Both the position numbers and the translations under genes were made by a program. The notes beneath the pieces are model-generated. The model made no database searches. It was not told where the DNA came from and worked only from the letters and a program-made list of their open reading frames with translations. From assembly GCA_014376695.1 (NCBI GenBank), contig JACMRA010000002.1, forward strand, positions 7,323 through 71,322: a DNA stretch of 64,000 nt, in the 5' to 3' direction. Of this stretch, positions 37,536 through 47,748 are shown one piece after another (the stretch's first letter is position 1; each line of letters opens with the position of its first letter). This DNA comes from Minisyncoccota bacterium. GTDB lineage: Bacteria; Patescibacteriota; JACMRA01.

Positions 37536-38726
37536 ATGACAGTCCTTAACATCCGCCAAAACGAAATATATAGTGAAAACCTTACCTTTATTCAAGAATT
37601 GATTAATGGATCTCCTCAGTTATTAGATTTATCAGTTTTCCCTTTTGAACTTGGTCAAGTCCTAATGCAACTCCCCTCCCCAAAGCTTAAATTAGTCGCC
37701 AAAGAGCTTGCAGGAGCCACCGATCTCTACAAAAATCCCGAGCAATTACAGCAACTACTTAGTGAGTTAGAGCTTGAAAATGTCGAAAACTTAGCCAATG
37801 GAGAAGGCTTATATCAGGGACATTTAGAAACATTAACTAAGACAATCGCTGAAGAAGTAGATGGTCAAACCGAATTACTAAACCAATTAAACAATCTCAC
37901 TTTTTTCTATCGTTCCCTTGGCTACGCTCTATATAGTCAACTTAGCCATCAAGTAACGTTGGACGCTGCTTTGAAAAACTTTGGGATTATTACTTTTAAG
38001 ATTGGTCTACTTGGTTTTATAAACGCTCGACTCGGTAAAAATTTAGGTGATTATTACGTCAGAAAAACCTTTGATATCGCAATTGAATGGGCTAGTCAAA
38101 ATCAAATGACTTTGGTGCATAGATTTGGGGTCAAAGGCAGCATCCTTATTGTTGATAGAACTCTCGAAGGGCTGACAAAAGAGAGGAACCAAGCAATTGA
38201 AAAGTCGTTCAAAGATTATGTAGGTAGCAAAATAAAAGATCTAATGTCCGAAAAATTAGAAGAATATAATTTTGACTTTGAACCAATGATTGTCACAGGG
38301 ACAGCGACCATTCACACGGCCATAAGTAATCTAAAAATTAGCAAAACTAGCACGCGAAATAAAACTTATTTTGAAATCTCAAAAGTTATTGGGGATCTTT
38401 GCCATTTTTTGTGTGATGCTAGAATTGAAAAAGAAACCAAAAAAGTTCATTCAATTTGGCTGGAAAAAGGTGGCGATACATCTAAATTCCTAACAAAAGA
38501 GTCTGATAACAAAATTCTAAATGCTCAATTACCCAAATTTCTGGAGGGGAATCGCAAAAATAATATCTCTTTTCTTAATTATTTATACCAGCAGAGTATT
38601 TTTTTGAATGCTCAAATTGCCAATAGTACAGATGGGGAATTGACAAAATATTTTAAAGAACGGAAGGGTGAGGGTTTTATTCGCTCGGGAGTAATCTTGG
38701 CCGATCTTCAAAGGTTAAGAGGTTAA
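37536..38726 (+). CDS. Ribonucleotide-reductase-large-subunit-like protein, N-terminal half, active-site residues degenerate
   Basis: KIGLLGFINARLGKNLG aligns to RNR GIGINAGRIRALGSPI/GGIGFxFSxLRPxG. QNQMTLVHRFGVKGSILIVD aligns to QGGVRGGAATLFYP. QIANSTDGEL sits at the position of the SNLCLEI/TNPCGE radical-Cys finger loop, with Cys replaced. The start (ATG 37536 versus TTG 37422) is uncertain. Confidence 0.4.
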   Translation: MTVLNIRQNEIYSENLTFIQELINGSPQLLDLSVFPFELGQVLMQLPSPKLKLVAKELAGATDLYKNPEQLQQLLSELELENVENLANGEGLYQGHLETLTKTIAEEVDGQTELLNQLNNLTFFYRSLGYALYSQLSHQVTLDAALKNFGIITFKIGLLGFINARLGKNLGDYYVRKTFDIAIEWASQNQMTLVHRFGVKGSILIVDRTLEGLTKERNQAIEKSFKDYVGSKIKDLMSEKLEEYNFDFEPMIVTGTATIHTAISNLKISKTSTRNKTYFEISKVIGDLCHFLCDARIEKETKKVHSIWLEKGGDTSKFLTKESDNKILNAQLPKFLEGNRKNNISFLNYLYQQSIFLNAQIANSTDGELTKYFKERKGEGFIRSGVILADLQRLRG

Positions 38727-38831
38727 TATGTCAAAAAACTGCCTAAAATAGCTTGACTTAATCTCAAAACTTAATTAGAACTCTTTCAGTCCTTGTGCGC
38801 ATAGCTATTTCTAATTACCAGCTACTTTTTT

Positions 38832-41678
38832 ATGAACTCTCCAAAGAACTCTAATTTTTATCAAGATAAAGTATATCAATTACTATCAAAAGTAGCTAGA
38901 ACCGAGCCAACCGTTGAGTTAGAGCTGTATTGGCTTAAGCGTTATCAAGAAATCACCCAAAACCTAAGCTTTAGCCTGAGTGAGCATACCGTGGAAATGG
39001 CCTTTGAAGACATAGTTACACGACCAAGTACTCCTAGCGGACTGATTAATATAGAACAGATAATTGACGACAAAAATCAAATCCAAGAAGCTAACCTTCA
39101 AAATATTATAGAAACAGCGATCCGTTTACTAGACGCTATCTTGGATATAATTAATTTTGATGATGTTGCCAAAAAAACCGTTAAGGAATTTCGCAAAATT
39201 GCCATTGGCATTGAGAATTTAGATAGCTATTTAACAATCCCTGAGCTACTGATTGACCAAGTAGATTACCTAGGCGAGTTGATAAGTAATAGTGTTTATC
39301 GAGCCTCGGAGTCGCTAGCTGAAGAGAAAGGAGCCTGCCTTCGATGGGAGGATATCAAAAGCGAAATAAGTTCAAAAAGCTTCGAATACTGGTTTAATCC
39401 TGATAGTGGCGAAATTCGAACTAGCCTTGAAATACAAGAATATATCAATAACAATCCGGAATCACGGCCTAAAATTATGGGCGAGTTTGAGATTGTAGCA
39501 CGACGCGGTAGCCATTTGTTATTATATGCCAATACTCCAGAATGGTTAAAATGGTCAGATCGAAAGCCCTCTCAATCACCGCCAGCTGGCGAATCTAATA
39601 TCGGGAATGAAGAAATCGAGGACGAGCTTGCCTTGGAAATTATTGACGAGCCTATCGAATCTGAGTCGGAAGATGAAATTCAATCAGAAATTCAATCTGA
39701 GCTTGAAGCCACGGTAGAAGATGAGATAGAATCGGAGGAGGAGATTAAAACAATATTAAAAGATGAACAAATTGAATTACCAGAGTTCCTCCAAAAAAGT
39801 GCCCCTCTAGTAACTCCAACAGCTCTAATTGACCAGGAAAAGCTGAGCTCAAGTTTGGCTCAAGAAATAGACTCGCTTAATCAGCACATCATTAAGGTAA
39901 ATTCATCAAAACCAATTACGAATACCAATGACGCACCTGTTTCCAAGCTCGGAAAAGACCATAGTAAAAATTTTGCGTTTCCTGATATGATTGATATGGA
40001 AGACATTTTGCCAGGTTTGATAGGTGATACAAAAAAATGGGACAAAGATGAGGACGATTTTAATAGTATTTTTGGACTGGGTAAACTGACCACTCACCCC
40101 GTAAAGCCAAATAACAGCAAGGCGCAAATTCAACAGATTGAAGAAGGTCGGGTTCAGCCAATAAAGGTGGAAATGGCTAAAGATCAAGAAATGGTTAAAA
40201 ACCAAGAAACTGACTCCGAAAACCAAACCCCTTTACCTACCGAAGAGATTTCGGGAGCTGAGATTGCCGAAGAAGATTTGGAAATTGCTAAAATTTTACC
40301 ACAGATTACAACTATTTTTGGAATAGGGGAACTGGTCAAGGTCATATCGACAAGTGGAGTTTCTGATTTTTATCAGATTGTAGAAATTTTACTTGATAAT
40401 AATATACTATGTTACCATCTTACTGATCGGGACGATGCTCAAGTTGTCAAGATTTGTTCGGAGGGCGAAATACAGCCGGCCTTGCTCGAAGAATTAATTC
40501 TGTCAGCCAATATCGGTACTAGAATTAAGAATAATGAGACCGAGGAAAACAATATCCCCGAAATAACTCAAGATAAAGTCGAGGTCAAGCCCGTGAGCGA
40601 GTACTTTGCGCAAGCAATTGTCTTTAATCAAAATGGCCAAGTGTTGCTTTCTGGTGATAATTTGCCGCAGATTCTCATACCGCAAGATGCAAGTAATGCA
40701 GAAACTCTGAATAATTATTTGGCAAATAGCCACAATATTGCCATCAAAGATGTTGAGGAGATTGGGACATTTGCTAGCGACGATTGCATTAAGACAATTT
40801 TTTTGGGGCAGTTAGATGATGAGTCTAATCAAACTAAAGCCTTAGGTTTATCCGTTGTAGATATTGATCAGGCTCTGGTTCTAGTACCTAATCTTGAAAA
40901 GTACCTATCCAAAGCATCCGAAAAAGAGATGCAGGCCAAGAAAAGGTTTGCTCAATTAAACAACCAGCTTAAAATCGCGGTTGGTGAAAATCAAAACCTC
41001 AAGCAAAAAATTCGATTGCTAGGCCTAAATTTGCAAGTAATTGCAGACGAAAATGGCGGTAGTCGCGTAGGTGATTCGAACAATATCCAAAAAGCAATCA
41101 ACACTCGAGGAGATTATAAATATTTACATATTACCGAACATTCAAGGTTTTCCAAATTCTTTCCGGTGATTGAACAGGTGATTGAAGATGATGAAATTGG
41201 TAAAATTACTCTCAATATCCAGTACGATAGTTTCGGGGCCAAAAAAGCCTCTATTGTAGTAGATAGCGAGAAGCTTCGGGATAAAGACTATACGCTTTTG
41301 ACTAGTTATCTTAATTTGGTCAATACTTCACTGGCTAGTGGAGCTAGTCTTGCCGATGTGTCTTACGTACTTGAGCATCAGGGAAAAGGTAAGCTGGATT
41401 TTGGGAATAATTTAATTAATAAGATTTTATTGATACTGTCGCTGTGTTTCTTAGCGATGCCGCGATCTATCGAACAGATTAATTCCTCCGATATAATTAT
41501 TGTAACACTGGCTAAGGTGCTCGATTCGCTAAATCGTAATCAATCGTTATTGGAAATTGTCCTAGAGGATGACATCCGACCGGAGAGCAAAACAGAGGTT
41601 ATTAGTCATTCTAATCAATCGGCCGCGGAGAAATCAAGTCCAAAAAGTAGCCGCTTCCAAAAAAAAGCTAGAATCTAA
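38832..41678 (+). CDS. Ribonucleotide-reductase-large-subunit-like protein, C-terminal half, with a roughly 500-aa acidic/novel insertion
   Basis: TPSGLINIEQI...AIRLLDAILDIINF...FRKIAIGIENLDSYL...ASESLAEEKGACLRWE parallels E. coli NrdA LCTLSAFNL...AVRALDALLDYQDY...RRTLGIGVINFAYYL...ASNELAKEQGACPWFN. The conserved Cys is replaced. An acidic repeat follows (ESESEDEIQSEIQSELEATVEDEIESEEE). The C-terminal block is GKITLNIQYD...LLTSYLNLVNTSLASGASL. Confidence 0.45.
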   Translation: MNSPKNSNFYQDKVYQLLSKVARTEPTVELELYWLKRYQEITQNLSFSLSEHTVEMAFEDIVTRPSTPSGLINIEQIIDDKNQIQEANLQNIIETAIRLLDAILDIINFDDVAKKTVKEFRKIAIGIENLDSYLTIPELLIDQVDYLGELISNSVYRASESLAEEKGACLRWEDIKSEISSKSFEYWFNPDSGEIRTSLEIQEYINNNPESRPKIMGEFEIVARRGSHLLLYANTPEWLKWSDRKPSQSPPAGESNIGNEEIEDELALEIIDEPIESESEDEIQSEIQSELEATVEDEIESEEEIKTILKDEQIELPEFLQKSAPLVTPTALIDQEKLSSSLAQEIDSLNQHIIKVNSSKPITNTNDAPVSKLGKDHSKNFAFPDMIDMEDILPGLIGDTKKWDKDEDDFNSIFGLGKLTTHPVKPNNSKAQIQQIEEGRVQPIKVEMAKDQEMVKNQETDSENQTPLPTEEISGAEIAEEDLEIAKILPQITTIFGIGELVKVISTSGVSDFYQIVEILLDNNILCYHLTDRDDAQVVKICSEGEIQPALLEELILSANIGTRIKNNETEENNIPEITQDKVEVKPVSEYFAQAIVFNQNGQVLLSGDNLPQILIPQDASNAETLNNYLANSHNIAIKDVEEIGTFASDDCIKTIFLGQLDDESNQTKALGLSVVDIDQALVLVPNLEKYLSKASEKEMQAKKRFAQLNNQLKIAVGENQNLKQKIRLLGLNLQVIADENGGSRVGDSNNIQKAINTRGDYKYLHITEHSRFSKFFPVIEQVIEDDEIGKITLNIQYDSFGAKKASIVVDSEKLRDKDYTLLTSYLNLVNTSLASGASLADVSYVLEHQGKGKLDFGNNLINKILLILSLCFLAMPRSIEQINSSDIIIVTLAKVLDSLNRNQSLLEIVLEDDIRPESKTEVISHSNQSAAEKSSPKSSRFQKKARI

Positions 41679-41745
41679 GATTGACAACACATTCCTTTGT
41701 AGATAATAGTATAACTGAATTTAATTTGATATTTTTCCTTTGGGT

Positions 41746-43377
41746 ATGACTTGGTATAATAAATATAGGCCACTGAGCTTCGATGATGTAGTAGGGCAAG
41801 AGTTAGTAAAACAGGTGCTTCAAAATTCCTTACAAACCAGTAAGATTAAGCATTCTTATCTGCTAATGGGGCCAAAAGGTACTGGTAAAACTACGATGGC
41901 CAGAATCTTTGCTAACTCCTTGAATTGTGTTAGTGAGAACCCCCAAGCTAGTCTGGATATTATCGAAATGGACGCTGCCTCCAATACTGGTATCGACGAC
42001 ATTCGGTTTTTGACTGAGGTGGCCCAGGTCCCGCCAATTTCGGGCAAATACAAAATCTATATTATTGATGAGGTGCATATGCTCTCCAAGAACGCGATGA
42101 ACGCCTTGCTCAAAATCCTGGAGGAGCCGCCCAAGTATCTTATATTTTTGTTAGCGACTACTAATCCCGAAAAGCTACTTCCGACCGTAATGAGTCGGCT
42201 GACTAAGCTGAATTTGAGTTCCCACACTATCGAAGGCTTGGTAGGTAGGCTTCGATATATTGCAGATCAAGAAAATATTAATATTAGCGATCAGGCCTTG
42301 GAGATTATTGCTGGCAGGAGTTCTGGCGGTCAAAGAGATGCCATTAATCACTTGGAGACAGTGGCAAGCTTCGATTTGGAGTCTTATGACCAGGATAATG
42401 TTAGTGAGTTGCTGGGGCTAGTTAATCAAGCTCTAATCGGGGATATTGTGGATAGTTTGGTTGGTCAATCAATCAATAATCTGCTTACTCAGCAATTAGC
42501 AGGCTTAAGCGTGGACGGCCAGTTGTTTCTTGGCCAAATTTTTGAGTTTGTACTTGATAAAAGTCTAGGTGGAAATAGCGATTATGATAGTTTAATCAAT
42601 CCTATGGCCGAAGTAATTAGTTATCATTTGCCGATATTAACGCCTCTTTCTGTATTGGCAATTTTGCAATCTAAGTTGGGGCTTCGAGTATTTCAAAAAG
42701 CTCCTGCTAATTCGCCAAGCGTCGCAACTAGCCCAATTGAATTAAAAAAAAAGCCTCAGCCAGTAGCATCTCCAGCTCTTGAGCAAGAAGTCAAATTGCA
42801 ACTTCCCCCAGCTCCAATAGAGATAAAAAGTCAAATACCCGCCCCGATTGAACTCAATTTGAGTCAAATTCAAAAATTTCTACAAGAGCTTAATCGACTT
42901 GGAAATACACCACCAACGCTTAAGATGTGCCTCCAGGATATTCAGGTCATGAATATTAAGGACGATATAATAAGTCTCACAGTTTCTAATGGTTTTTTCT
43001 TGGGGCTTATTAATAACCCGATTAATCAAAAATTTTTGAAGTCAGAATTGATGATTAGATTTGGGGCAGGCTTTGTAATGGTTTTTGGAATACGGGACAA
43101 TCAGGTGCCGATTCAAACCATTTCGGCAGACTCGACTTCGCCTAAATCCATAGAACCAGAACTAGCACCAAAAGAAATAAAACAATTGACAAGGATGGAA
43201 AACCAACTTCCAGCTGACGGTATATTCTACGAAGCTTTCAAAAGCCTAAAACCAGGAATGGAAAATATGGGGATAAAAATTCATGCACCCGCGGTTGAAA
43301 CAACCTTGCCCACCGCCTCAAACAACCCTGATTTAGATATGTTCGATAACTTGATTAGTGATTTAGATCTGGAATAG
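41746..43377 (+). CDS. dnaX: DNA polymerase III subunit gamma/tau
   Basis: MTWYNKYRPLSFDDVVGQELV, Walker A GPKGTGKTT, zinc-module position NC, Walker B IYIIDEVHMLS, and SRC (MSRL). Confidence 0.9.
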   Translation: MTWYNKYRPLSFDDVVGQELVKQVLQNSLQTSKIKHSYLLMGPKGTGKTTMARIFANSLNCVSENPQASLDIIEMDAASNTGIDDIRFLTEVAQVPPISGKYKIYIIDEVHMLSKNAMNALLKILEEPPKYLIFLLATTNPEKLLPTVMSRLTKLNLSSHTIEGLVGRLRYIADQENINISDQALEIIAGRSSGGQRDAINHLETVASFDLESYDQDNVSELLGLVNQALIGDIVDSLVGQSINNLLTQQLAGLSVDGQLFLGQIFEFVLDKSLGGNSDYDSLINPMAEVISYHLPILTPLSVLAILQSKLGLRVFQKAPANSPSVATSPIELKKKPQPVASPALEQEVKLQLPPAPIEIKSQIPAPIELNLSQIQKFLQELNRLGNTPPTLKMCLQDIQVMNIKDDIISLTVSNGFFLGLINNPINQKFLKSELMIRFGAGFVMVFGIRDNQVPIQTISADSTSPKSIEPELAPKEIKQLTRMENQLPADGIFYEAFKSLKPGMENMGIKIHAPAVETTLPTASNNPDLDMFDNLISDLDLE

Positions 43378-43467
43378 GGCCAAACCTTGTCCGATCCGAT
43401 ACCTCGATGACAAAAAACTACATTGGTAAATACCTAAATTATAAACAGCGAAACTTAATTAATATTT

Positions 43468-43908
43468 ATGAAACATCAAACCTTAACTCCAACCGAAATT
43501 CAAAATCAAGTACCAAGCGACTTACAAGAATCTAATTACCTTGAGATTGGTGAGCGACCGTGGGGATTTTATTATGTACTTGAGGACAAGCCAACTTTTA
43601 AAGTCAAAAAAATTATTGTTAAGCCTAATTCGCGCCTTAGTCTTCAGAGCCATAAGCACAGAAGCGAACATTGGGTGGTCGTCAGTGGTCAAGCAACAAT
43701 AGAGATACGCAGTCAAGACAACAAAAATCAACCAGAAAAGTGGGTCAACACAATGAATCCTAACCAAAGCTGCTATATCCCGCTAACCGCAACCCATAGA
43801 CTGAGCAATGAGGGCGTAATTCCGCTGGTAATTATCGAAGTTCAGGTTGGTGAATACACTGGTGAGGACGATATTGTCCGGTATGAAGACGACTTTGACA
43901 GGAAGTAG
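43468..43908 (+). CDS. Cupin-domain protein, type II mannose-6-phosphate isomerase (ManC C-terminal domain)-like
   Basis: RPWGFYYVL...KVKKIIVKPNSRLSLQSHKHRSEHWVVVSGQA...CYIPLTATHRLSNEG..PLVIIEVQVGEYTGEDDIVRYEDDF closely matches the ManC cupin consensus. Confidence 0.8.
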   Translation: MKHQTLTPTEIQNQVPSDLQESNYLEIGERPWGFYYVLEDKPTFKVKKIIVKPNSRLSLQSHKHRSEHWVVVSGQATIEIRSQDNKNQPEKWVNTMNPNQSCYIPLTATHRLSNEGVIPLVIIEVQVGEYTGEDDIVRYEDDFDRK

Positions 43909-44000
43909 GTTTCGATAGGGAGCGGGCTTATAATTGGGTTGACGAAAAAATTAACTCAGGCAAATATAAGGTATATATTAGTTTAATACAAAAATAAATA

Positions 44001-45287
44001 ATGTCTATTCCTGCCTGCTGTCAATACCATCTTCAAGAAGCTGAACACGATTCCAAACTGACTTTTAAAGAGAGGTTGATAAAAAATTCTAAGCAATTAG
44101 GTATTTCCTTTTTTGTGATTTTTGTAGTTTTTGCAGGTTTGATCCTGACTATGCCGACTAAGCCAAAAATTGATAACTTGCCAGTAGCTGCCAAAGAATA
44201 CCACGTTGCCACTATCAAGTCGGTTGTCGATACCCAGAGCGGAGGCAATCGCCAGACAGGCCTTCAGCAATTCGGCCAGAAGATTGAAGCTGAGTATTCG
44301 TTTATTAGTAGCAAACCGAACCAAAAGGTATCTCTAGATTATGAAGCCGTCTCTAATTCTAATAATCAAAATAAATTGCAAGTGGGTAATTGGGTTATTG
44401 TCGGGGTCCAAACTAGCCCGCAAACGGGTGAAGATATCAAATATATCGTTGATCCAAGTTTTAGAATTGGATGGATTGGGGTTATAATTTTGGTTTTTTG
44501 CGTGCTGTGTATTTATCTAGCTGGGTTCAAAGGCTTTGGGGCGCTTTTGGGGATGATTTATTCAGGTGGAGTTTTGGCACTATTCACTATCCCTCAAATC
44601 GTCAACGGTTTAGATGCGACCATAGTGGCTTTGATTACTTCGATTTTGATTATTTCTGTCTCGCTTTTTGTTGCTCATGGATGGAATCGCCAGACTGTAA
44701 TTTCTTTTGGGGCGCTCTCCATAACCGTATTGTTTTCGATTGGATTCTCGTTTGCGGCGGTCTATTTGACTAAGCTCTCGGGAGCTGGGACGGAGGACGC
44801 TTTTTATCTCCAGAATATTCCCAATCTCAAAAATCTTAATCTTCAAGGTCTTTTATTAGCGGGTATCATCATCGGAACGCTTGGTGTCTTGGATGATATT
44901 GTGACCGCGCAGGTGGCAATTGTTGAAGAGTTGAGTAAGCTCAATCACCGGCTTAAGTGGCAGGACTTGTTTAAGCGGGCGATGAATGTTGGTCGGGCAC
45001 ACATTGTATCCTTGGTCAATACTCTTATTTTGGCTTATATTGCAACTTCGTTTCCTTTGATGATTTCCCTTTATATGTTTCAAACTGAGCCGTGGTGGAT
45101 TTTGGTCAATCGAGAGATGATAGCCCAAGAAATAATCCGCTCCTTAGCTGGATCTCTCACGCTTTTGATTGCCGTCCCAATTACTACGATTTTGGCCACT
45201 GTCGTCTTTACTTATCTGCACAACCGGCCCAAAGAAGTCGAATTTCGAGAGCGGAGCGGATTTAGCTTTGAGGAAAGCCTGAGATAA
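44001..45287 (+). CDS. YibE/F-family integral membrane protein
   Basis: N-terminal TM plus an extracytoplasmic domain, then multiple TMs with GTLGVLDDIVTAQVAIVEEL (the YibE/F GxxDVAxSIAS-like block). Confidence 0.55.
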   Translation: MSIPACCQYHLQEAEHDSKLTFKERLIKNSKQLGISFFVIFVVFAGLILTMPTKPKIDNLPVAAKEYHVATIKSVVDTQSGGNRQTGLQQFGQKIEAEYSFISSKPNQKVSLDYEAVSNSNNQNKLQVGNWVIVGVQTSPQTGEDIKYIVDPSFRIGWIGVIILVFCVLCIYLAGFKGFGALLGMIYSGGVLALFTIPQIVNGLDATIVALITSILIISVSLFVAHGWNRQTVISFGALSITVLFSIGFSFAAVYLTKLSGAGTEDAFYLQNIPNLKNLNLQGLLLAGIIIGTLGVLDDIVTAQVAIVEELSKLNHRLKWQDLFKRAMNVGRAHIVSLVNTLILAYIATSFPLMISLYMFQTEPWWILVNREMIAQEIIRSLAGSLTLLIAVPITTILATVVFTYLHNRPKEVEFRERSGFSFEESLR

Positions 45288-45300
45288 TCAGGATTAAGAT

Positions 45301-46839
45301 ATGTCCAAAATTTATAATATCACAATTATTGGAGCTGGCCTTGGCGGTTTGGCAGTGGCTTGTCGACTTGCTAAACTCGGGCATAAAGTAACTATTATTG
45401 AGCAAAACAAGCAAGTAGGCGGCAAAGCTTCCGAGCTTTTTATAGACGGATTTAGGTTTGATCGTGGCCCTTCATTTATGACGATGATTGATATTTTTGA
45501 GGATTTATTCAATTTTTGTGGGGCTAGACTTCTGGATTACATACCATACAAGGGGCTTGATGAAACTGTAGAATATCATTGGCCTGACAAAACCCAAATA
45601 ACCGCATATCAAGATTTGGATAAGACGGTACAGGCTTTGTGCGATCACCACGGCGAAGATAAAAAAACCATCCAAAATTACCTATCCAAAATTAAGTTAG
45701 TGTATGACTTATCCAAACCATACGCCCTAGACAAAGCAATTGATTTTACTCAGATTTTTAACCCAGATTTTTTGAAAACGGCATTTAAGCTTAGTGGCCT
45801 TGGACTAAATGGCAGTTTGGCTCGAGTGCATAGCAAAGTATTTTCCAATCCTAAGAGCTTGAATATTTTTAATCGCTGGGCAGCTTATGTTTACAGCGAT
45901 CCCTACAAAACACCTTCAATTCTCGGTAGTGTTGGATGGGCTGAGTTGGGGCTTGGGCTGTATTTGCCTACTCACGGTATCCATTCAATTGCAACCGGTA
46001 TTGCGAGACTAGCTAAGGAGCTTGGAGTCAAAATTATCTTAGATACCAAGGTAGTTGGCCTCGAGCAGCTGCCTGACAAAAGCTGGCAATACGATACAAT
46101 TAGCTTAAATGGGCGATTGGAGTCGAACACGGCCGAAATACTTATTTCGAATTTAGATATCCGCACGACTTACAAACACCTTCTAAAAACCGATTATCCA
46201 ACAGCCAAAAAGACCGGAGGTTCGTATTTGATATATTATTGGGGCATAAAATACCATCCAAAGCTTGCTGGCCTCAAGTTGCATAACATATTTTTTGGGG
46301 ATAATTCTGGGAATCCGCTTGGCGACAAAGCCGAATTTATAGAGCAATTTGATCAAGGTAAAGTCCCAGAAAATCCGATGGTTTATCTTAATATCACGTC
46401 TGGCTTAATCGAGGCCGATAGTCCAATTATCGATGGGCAAAAATCCCAAAATTGGATAGTTATAATCAGCACCCCGCCAGATAATGACAAAATAAACTGG
46501 GCAAACGAATTAACGAGCAAAAAAACCTATATCGCTAAATTGATCGCTAAATCTCTTGAAATTGACCCTTCGGAGCTTTTGGATTTGATAGTTTGCCAAA
46601 AAATTATCACCCCGCCAGATATTCAGGACTGGACAGGTTCCTACAACGGCGACTTGAGTGGCATGCGAATTGAGTCAATTTGGGATGTTTTATCCCGCCC
46701 AAAAGTCAAATCCCCAAACTTCGATAATCTCTACTTTGTTGGCGGGTCTATTAATCCTGGCCCGGGAATGCCAATGGTGCTTTTATCGGCTAAGCACTGC
46801 GTGGAGGAGGTTTTGAAAAATGCTAAACTGTTATATTGA
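45301..46839 (+). CDS. FAD-dependent oxidoreductase, phytoene desaturase (CrtI) family
   Basis: N-terminal dinucleotide fold IIGAGLGGLAVACRLAKLGHKVTIIEQNKQVGGKA and C-terminal FVGGSINPGPGMPMV, at CrtI-family length. Ends in TGA. Confidence 0.7.
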   Translation: MSKIYNITIIGAGLGGLAVACRLAKLGHKVTIIEQNKQVGGKASELFIDGFRFDRGPSFMTMIDIFEDLFNFCGARLLDYIPYKGLDETVEYHWPDKTQITAYQDLDKTVQALCDHHGEDKKTIQNYLSKIKLVYDLSKPYALDKAIDFTQIFNPDFLKTAFKLSGLGLNGSLARVHSKVFSNPKSLNIFNRWAAYVYSDPYKTPSILGSVGWAELGLGLYLPTHGIHSIATGIARLAKELGVKIILDTKVVGLEQLPDKSWQYDTISLNGRLESNTAEILISNLDIRTTYKHLLKTDYPTAKKTGGSYLIYYWGIKYHPKLAGLKLHNIFFGDNSGNPLGDKAEFIEQFDQGKVPENPMVYLNITSGLIEADSPIIDGQKSQNWIVIISTPPDNDKINWANELTSKKTYIAKLIAKSLEIDPSELLDLIVCQKIITPPDIQDWTGSYNGDLSGMRIESIWDVLSRPKVKSPNFDNLYFVGGSINPGPGMPMVLLSAKHCVEEVLKNAKLLY

Positions 46840-47340
46840 TTGAGTTTTGGTCTAACCACTCATCTAACCTATTTGGATTATTTCCAAACTCACGAACAGC
46901 ATAATCTAATTTTCTAAAGTAGCTAATATTATCGTACTTGCCCTTGAGTAATTTTACGTAATCTTTTAGATTGATTTTACCTATATCCTCAAGTAAATAT
47001 TCACAGACGATTCTATACTTTGCACTGTGCAAGCTTTCAATCATTAATTCTTCGACACTAAATAAATTCTGTTCTACGGTTTTGGTTGCATCCCAAACCT
47101 TTGGGTTAATTTTCAAATTTTTTATCATAAATTGAGAATCCATCCAAATGTCGATATTTTTATTTTTGAAGTTAAAATCATTTTTGAAGAAATTATATGC
47201 AAGGTGTTCCAATGTACCTTTTTCGAGCTTTTTTTGTCCAAAAGGTTCTTGTTATTACTGTTAAACAAGCCAAAAGAAATGATTTGATTACCTGCATGGT
47301 GAATCCATTTTAACAAGGGCATATACATCCAATTTGACAT
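46823..47340 (-). pseudogene. Hypothetical gene split by a frameshift at an A7 (plus-strand T7, 47229-47235) homopolymer
   Basis: ORFs 47125..47340 and 46823..47212 overlap. One extra A in GACAAAAAAAGC would join them into about 195 aa (MSNWMYMPLLKWIHHAGNQ...LDKKKLEKGTLEHLAYNFFKND...). No family recognised. Confidence 0.45.
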
Positions 47341-47570
47341 ATATATGTCAATCTTAAATTATTTTCTAGTAGTCTATTAGAAGTAGTTTACTTTTGAAAT
47401 CTTGGAGACAAAAAATGGGTACCAAATGGGTTTATGATGGAAATAGCGACAGGTACAAAGCACCAAAAGACACCGAAAGGACAGATTGGTTAGAAAAACC
47501 AGCTCCTTATCCAAACGGTGACAGTAGCTACCCTCACACACATCCACCCTGACTCTGTGAACAACGGAGC

Positions 47571-47717
47571 CTATTCTCTCTCACACGTGAATACCGATGG
47601 TTCGATTGGACACTTTAACGAGTACCAAACGATCGCTATCAGTACTATCGCCGCCGAGGTTAACCGAAGCAATGAGACCGATAGTTCTTCGTAGTTACAA
47701 TAGCGATTGATACGCAT
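47571..47717 (-). CDS. Unlisted 48-aa hydrophobic mini-ORF with strong Shine-Dalgarno (type-I-toxin-like candidate)
   Basis: GGAGGAGG (47723-47730, minus strand), 5 nt, then ATG. The product is MRINRYCNYEELSVSLLRLTSAAIVLIAIVWYSLKCPIEPSVFTCERE, with one predicted TM. Confidence 0.3.
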   Translation of the reverse strand: MRINRYCNYEELSVSLLRLTSAAIVLIAIVWYSLKCPIEPSVFTCERE

Positions 47718-47748
47718 TCTGACCTCCTCCACATCTCAAACTAAATTA

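Noticed and set aside
39550-41100. Intein inside the RNR-like ORF2 insertion.
   Set aside because: RNR genes often host inteins, but I could not find Hint block A/B (C/S...TxxH) or a terminal HN(C/S/T) motif. The insertion is dominated by acidic low-complexity sequence.
47585-47605. tRNA-like T-loop sequence ggttcgattgg.
   Set aside because: The flanking sequence cannot form a T-stem or acceptor stem, and no cloverleaf can be drawn.
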